From the NCBI GenBank assembly GCA_964016885.1, contig OZ024744.1, positions 128,712,001 to 128,776,000 on the forward strand: DNA of 64,000 nucleotides. Reading direction: 5' to 3'. The position numbers and the translations under genes are program-made. Source of the DNA: Eledone cirrhosa. Lineage: Eukaryota. The notes beneath the pieces are model-generated. The model was given only the letters and a program-made list of their open reading frames with translations, did not search any database and was not told the DNA's origin. Positions 60,005 to 64,000 of this stretch are shown in pieces (the stretch's first letter is position 1; each line of letters begins with the position of its first letter).

Positions 60005-62291
60005 TTAGGTTTTTCGAAAACCTTATATAATCAATTTTTTTTAGGTTTTTCGAAAAACCTTATATAATCAATTTTTTTTAGGTTTTTCGAAAAACCTTAT
60101 ATAATCAATTTCTTTAGGTTTTTCGTAAAACCTTATATAATCAATTTTTTTAGGTTTTTCGAAAAACCTTATATAATCAATTTTTTTTAGGTTTTTCGAA
60201 ATACCTTATATAATTAATTTTTTTTAGGTTTTTCGAAAAATCTTATATAATTAATTTATATCTGATTTCAAATATTGATTTTTTTAGGTTTTTCGAAAAC
60301 CTTATATAATCAATTTTTTTTAGGTTTTTCGAAAAAGAATGAATTCATATTCGAAATATATACTTCTGCATTAATCTTTTTACGTTTTTCTGATTTTTTG
60401 CATGTTTTGAAATTTAAAAAAAACGTAAAAAATTAATGCTTTTACAAATATTTTGAAATATTTACTTTCTGGTTTCAAATTTTGCAAATTAAATTTTTTT
60501 CTAAAAAAATCAGTTTTCGAAATCAGAAGTTAATATTTCGAAAAACGCAATTTAAAAAACTCATATTAATTTTTTTTCGAATGAAGTTTTTTTATGCTTT
60601 TAGAAATATTTATATCTGATTTAAAATATTGATTTTTTTAGGTTTACCTTATATAATCAAACAAATTTTTTTAGGTTTTTCGAAATATCTTATATAATCA
60701 ATTTTTTTTAGGTTTTTCGAAAAAGAATGAATTTGAGTTCATAGTCGAAATATATACTTCTGCATTAATCTTTGATTTTTTGCATGTTTTGAAATCTAAA
60801 AAAAACGTAAAAAATTAATGCTTTTACAAATATTTTGAAATATTTACTTTCTGGTTTCTAAGTTTGCAAATTAAATTTTTTTCGAAAAACCTAAAAAAAA
60901 TCAGTTTTTGAAATCAGAAGTTAATATTTCGAAAAACGCAATTTGAAAAACTCATATTAATTTTTTTTCGAATGAAGTTTTTTATACTTTTAGAAATATT
61001 TATATCTGATTTCAAATATTGATTTTTTTAGGTTTTTCGAAAAAGAATGAATTTGAGTTCATAGTCGAAATATATATTTCTGCATTAATCTTTTTACGTT
61101 TTTCTGATTTTTTGCATGTTTTGAAATTTAAAAAAAACGTAAAAAATCAATATTTCGAAAAACGCAATTTGAAAAACTCATATTCATTTTTTTTCGAATG
61201 AATTCTTTCATACTTTTAGAAATATTTATATCTGATTTTAAATATTGATTTTTTTAGGTTTACCTTATATAATCAAATTTTTTTAGGTTTTTCGAAAAAG
61301 AATGAATTTGAGTTCATAGTCGAAATATATACTTCTGCATTAATCTTTTTACGTTTTTCTGATTTTTTGCATGTTTTGAAATTTAAAAAAAAACGTAAAA
61401 AATTAATGCTTTTACAAATATTTTGAAATATTTACTTTCTGGTTTCGAATTTTGCAAATTAAATTTTTTTCGAAAAAAACCTAAAAAAATCAGTTTTCGA
61501 AATCAGAAGTTAATATTTCGAAAAACGCAATTTGAAAAACTCATATTAATTTTTTTTCGAATGAAGTTTTTTTATGCTTTTAGAAATATTTATATCTGAT
61601 TTCCAATATTGATTTTTTTTAGGTTTTTCGAAAAAGAATGAATTTGAGTTCATAGTCGAAATATATATTTCTGCATTGATCTTTGATTTTTTGCATGTTT
61701 TGAAATTTAAAAAAAAAGTAAAAAATTAATGATTTTACAAATATTTTGAAATATTTACTTTCTGGTTTCAAAGTTTGCAAATTAAATTTTTTTCGAAAAA
61801 CCTAAAAAAATCAGTTTTCGAAATCAGAAGTTAATATTTCGAAAAACGCAATTTAAAAAACTCATATTAATTTTTTTTCGAATGAATTCTTTTAGAAATA
61901 TTTATATCTGATTTCAAATATTGATTTTTTTAGGTTTACCTTATATAATCAATTTTTTTTAGGTTTTTCAAAAACCTTATATAATCAATTTTTTTTAGGT
62001 TTTTCGAAAAACCTTACATAATCAATTTTTTTTAGGTTTTTTCGAAAAACCTTATATAATCAATTTTTTACGTTTTTAGAAAAACCTTATATAATCAATT
62101 TTTTTTATACTTTTAGAAATATTTATATCTTATTTCAAATATTGATTTTTTTTAGATTTTTCGAAATACCTTATATAATCAATTTTTTTTAGGTTTTTCG
62201 AAAGACCTTATATAATCAATTTTTTTTAGGTTTTTCGAAAAACCTTATATAATCAATTTTTTTAGGTTTTTCGACAACCTTATATAATCAA
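60005..62291. repeat. AT-rich composite island 6 (2,287 bp)
   Basis: Same junctions as the other full islands, with fewer 5' minisatellite units. Shares the TTTCTTTAGG variant with island 2. Confidence 0.95.
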
Positions 62292-64000
62292 GTTGAGTTT
62301 AAGTTAAGTTGGGATTAAGTTAAGTTGGGGTTAAGTTAAGATGGGGTTAAGTTATGTTGAGGTTAAGTTAAGTTGGGGTTAAATTAAGTTGGGGTTAAGT
62401 TAAGTTGGGGTTAAGTTAAGTTGGGGTTAGGTTAAGTTGGGTTTAAGTTAAGTTGGGGATAAGTTAAGTTGGGGTTAAGTTAAGTTGGGTTTAAGTTAAG
62501 TTGGGGTTAAGTTAAGTTGGGGTTAAGTTAAGTTGGGGTTAAGTTAAGTTGGGGTTGAGTGAAGTTGGGGTTAAGTTAAGTTGGGGTTAAATTAAGTTGG
62601 GGTTAAGTTAAGTTGGGGTTGAGTGAAGTTGGGGTTAAGTTAAGTTGGGGTTAAATTAAGTTGGGGTTAAGTTTAGTTGGGGTTGAGTTAAGTTGGGGTT
62701 AATTTAAGTTGGGGCTAAGTTAATTTGTGGTTAAGTTAAGTTGGGGTTAAGTTAAGTTGGGGTTAAGTTAAGTTGGGGTTGAGTTAAGTTGGGGTTAAGT
62801 TAAGTTGGGTTTAAGTTAAGTTGGGGTTAAATTAAGTTGGGGTTAAATTAAGTTGGGGTTAAGTTAAGTTGGGGGTAAGTTAAGTTGGGGGCAAGTTAAG
62901 TTGGGGTTAAGTTAACTTGGGGTTAAGTTAAGTTGGGGTTAATTTAAGTTGGGGTTATGTTAAGTTGGGGTTAAGTTAAGTTGGGGTTAAGTTAAGTTGG
63001 GGCTAAGTTAAGTTGGAGCTAAGTTAAGTTGGGGCTAAGTTAAGTTGGGGTTAAGTTAAGTTGGGGTTAAGTTAAGGTGGGGTTAAGTTAAGTTGGGGTC
63101 AACTTAAGTTGGGGTTAAGTTAAGTTGGGGTTAACTTAAGTTGGGGTTAAGTTAAGTTGGGGTTAAGTTAAGTTGGGGTTAAGTTAAGTTGGGGTTACGT
63201 TAAGTTGGGGGTAAGTTAAGTTGGTGGTAAGTTAAGTTGGGGGTAAGTTAAGATGGGGTTAAATTAGGGTTAAGTTAAGTTAGGGTTAAGTTAATTTGGG
63301 GTTGAGTTAAGTTGGGGTTAAGTTAAGTGGTGGTTATGTTAAGTTGGGGTTAAGTTAAGTTGGGGTTAATTTAAATTGGGGTTAATTTAAATTTGTTGTT
63401 AAGTTAAGTTGGGGTTAATTTAAGTTGGGGTTAAGTTAAGTTGGGGTTGAGTTAAGTTGGGGTTGAGTGAAGTTGGGGTTAAGTTAAGTTGGGGTTGAGT
63501 TAAGTTGGGGTTAATTTAAGTTGGGGCTAAGTTCATTTGGGGTTCAGTTAAGTTGGGGTTAAATTAAGTTGGGGTTAAGTTAAGTTGGGGTTAAGTTAAG
63601 TTGGGGTTAAGTTAATTTGGGGTTAAGTGAAGTTAGGGTTAAGTTAAGTTGGGGTTGAGTTAAGTTGGGGGTAAGTTAAGTTGGGGTTATGTTAAGTTGG
63701 GGTTACGTTAAGTTGGGTTTAAGTTAAGTTGGGGTTAAGTTAAGTTGGGGTTAATTTAAGTTGGGGTTAAGTTAAGTTGGGATTAATTTAAGTTGGGGTT
63801 AAGTTAAGTTGGGGTTAAGTTAAGTTGGGGTTAAATTAAGTTGGGGTTAAGTTAAGTTGGGGTTAAGTTAAGTTGGGGTTAAGTTAATTTGGGGTTAAGT
63901 TAAGTTAGGGTAAAGTTAAGTTGGGGTTGAGTTAAGTTGGGGTAAGTTAAGTTGGGGTTAAGTTAAGTTGGGGTTAAGTTAAGTTGGGGTTAAGTTAAGT
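62292..64000 (+). repeat. 16-bp G-rich satellite, block 6 (runs off window)
   Basis: Same post-island variant order as 2179-~3880. Confidence 0.97.

Noticed and set aside
1-64000. Assignment to a specific organism or named satellite family
   Set aside because: Similarity to known telomere words is suggestive only. I cannot match the 16-mer or the island to a described family without a database search.

Overview
The window is entirely non-coding tandem-repeat DNA, most likely eukaryotic heterochromatin (telomeric/subtelomeric or centromeric). The organism cannot be determined from the sequence. About 79% (~51 kb, roughly 3,200 monomers) is a strand-asymmetric, G-rich 16-bp satellite, consensus TTAAGTTAAGTTGGGG, whose point variants recur in a fixed order (higher-order repeats of ~0.5-3 kb). 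It is interrupted by six AT-rich islands: five near-identical 2.2-2.5 kb copies and one diverged 1.2 kb partial copy. Each island is built from a 36-38 bp palindromic minisatellite (core AGGTTTTTCGAAAAACCT) flanking five ~255-370 bp fold-back units. Three 227-243 bp strand-inverted (C-rich) tracts in the satellite carry a snap-back/template-switch signature. Island + satellite + inversion form a ~16-18.6 kb macro-repeat, with one near-perfect 7,410-bp tandem duplication. No credible protein-coding gene, RNA gene, CRISPR array or autonomous transposon is present. The five 60-aa ORFs are copies of one chance ORF. The main hypothesis (inference only) is a recombination-maintained composite telomere-like array; a composite centromere is the alternative.
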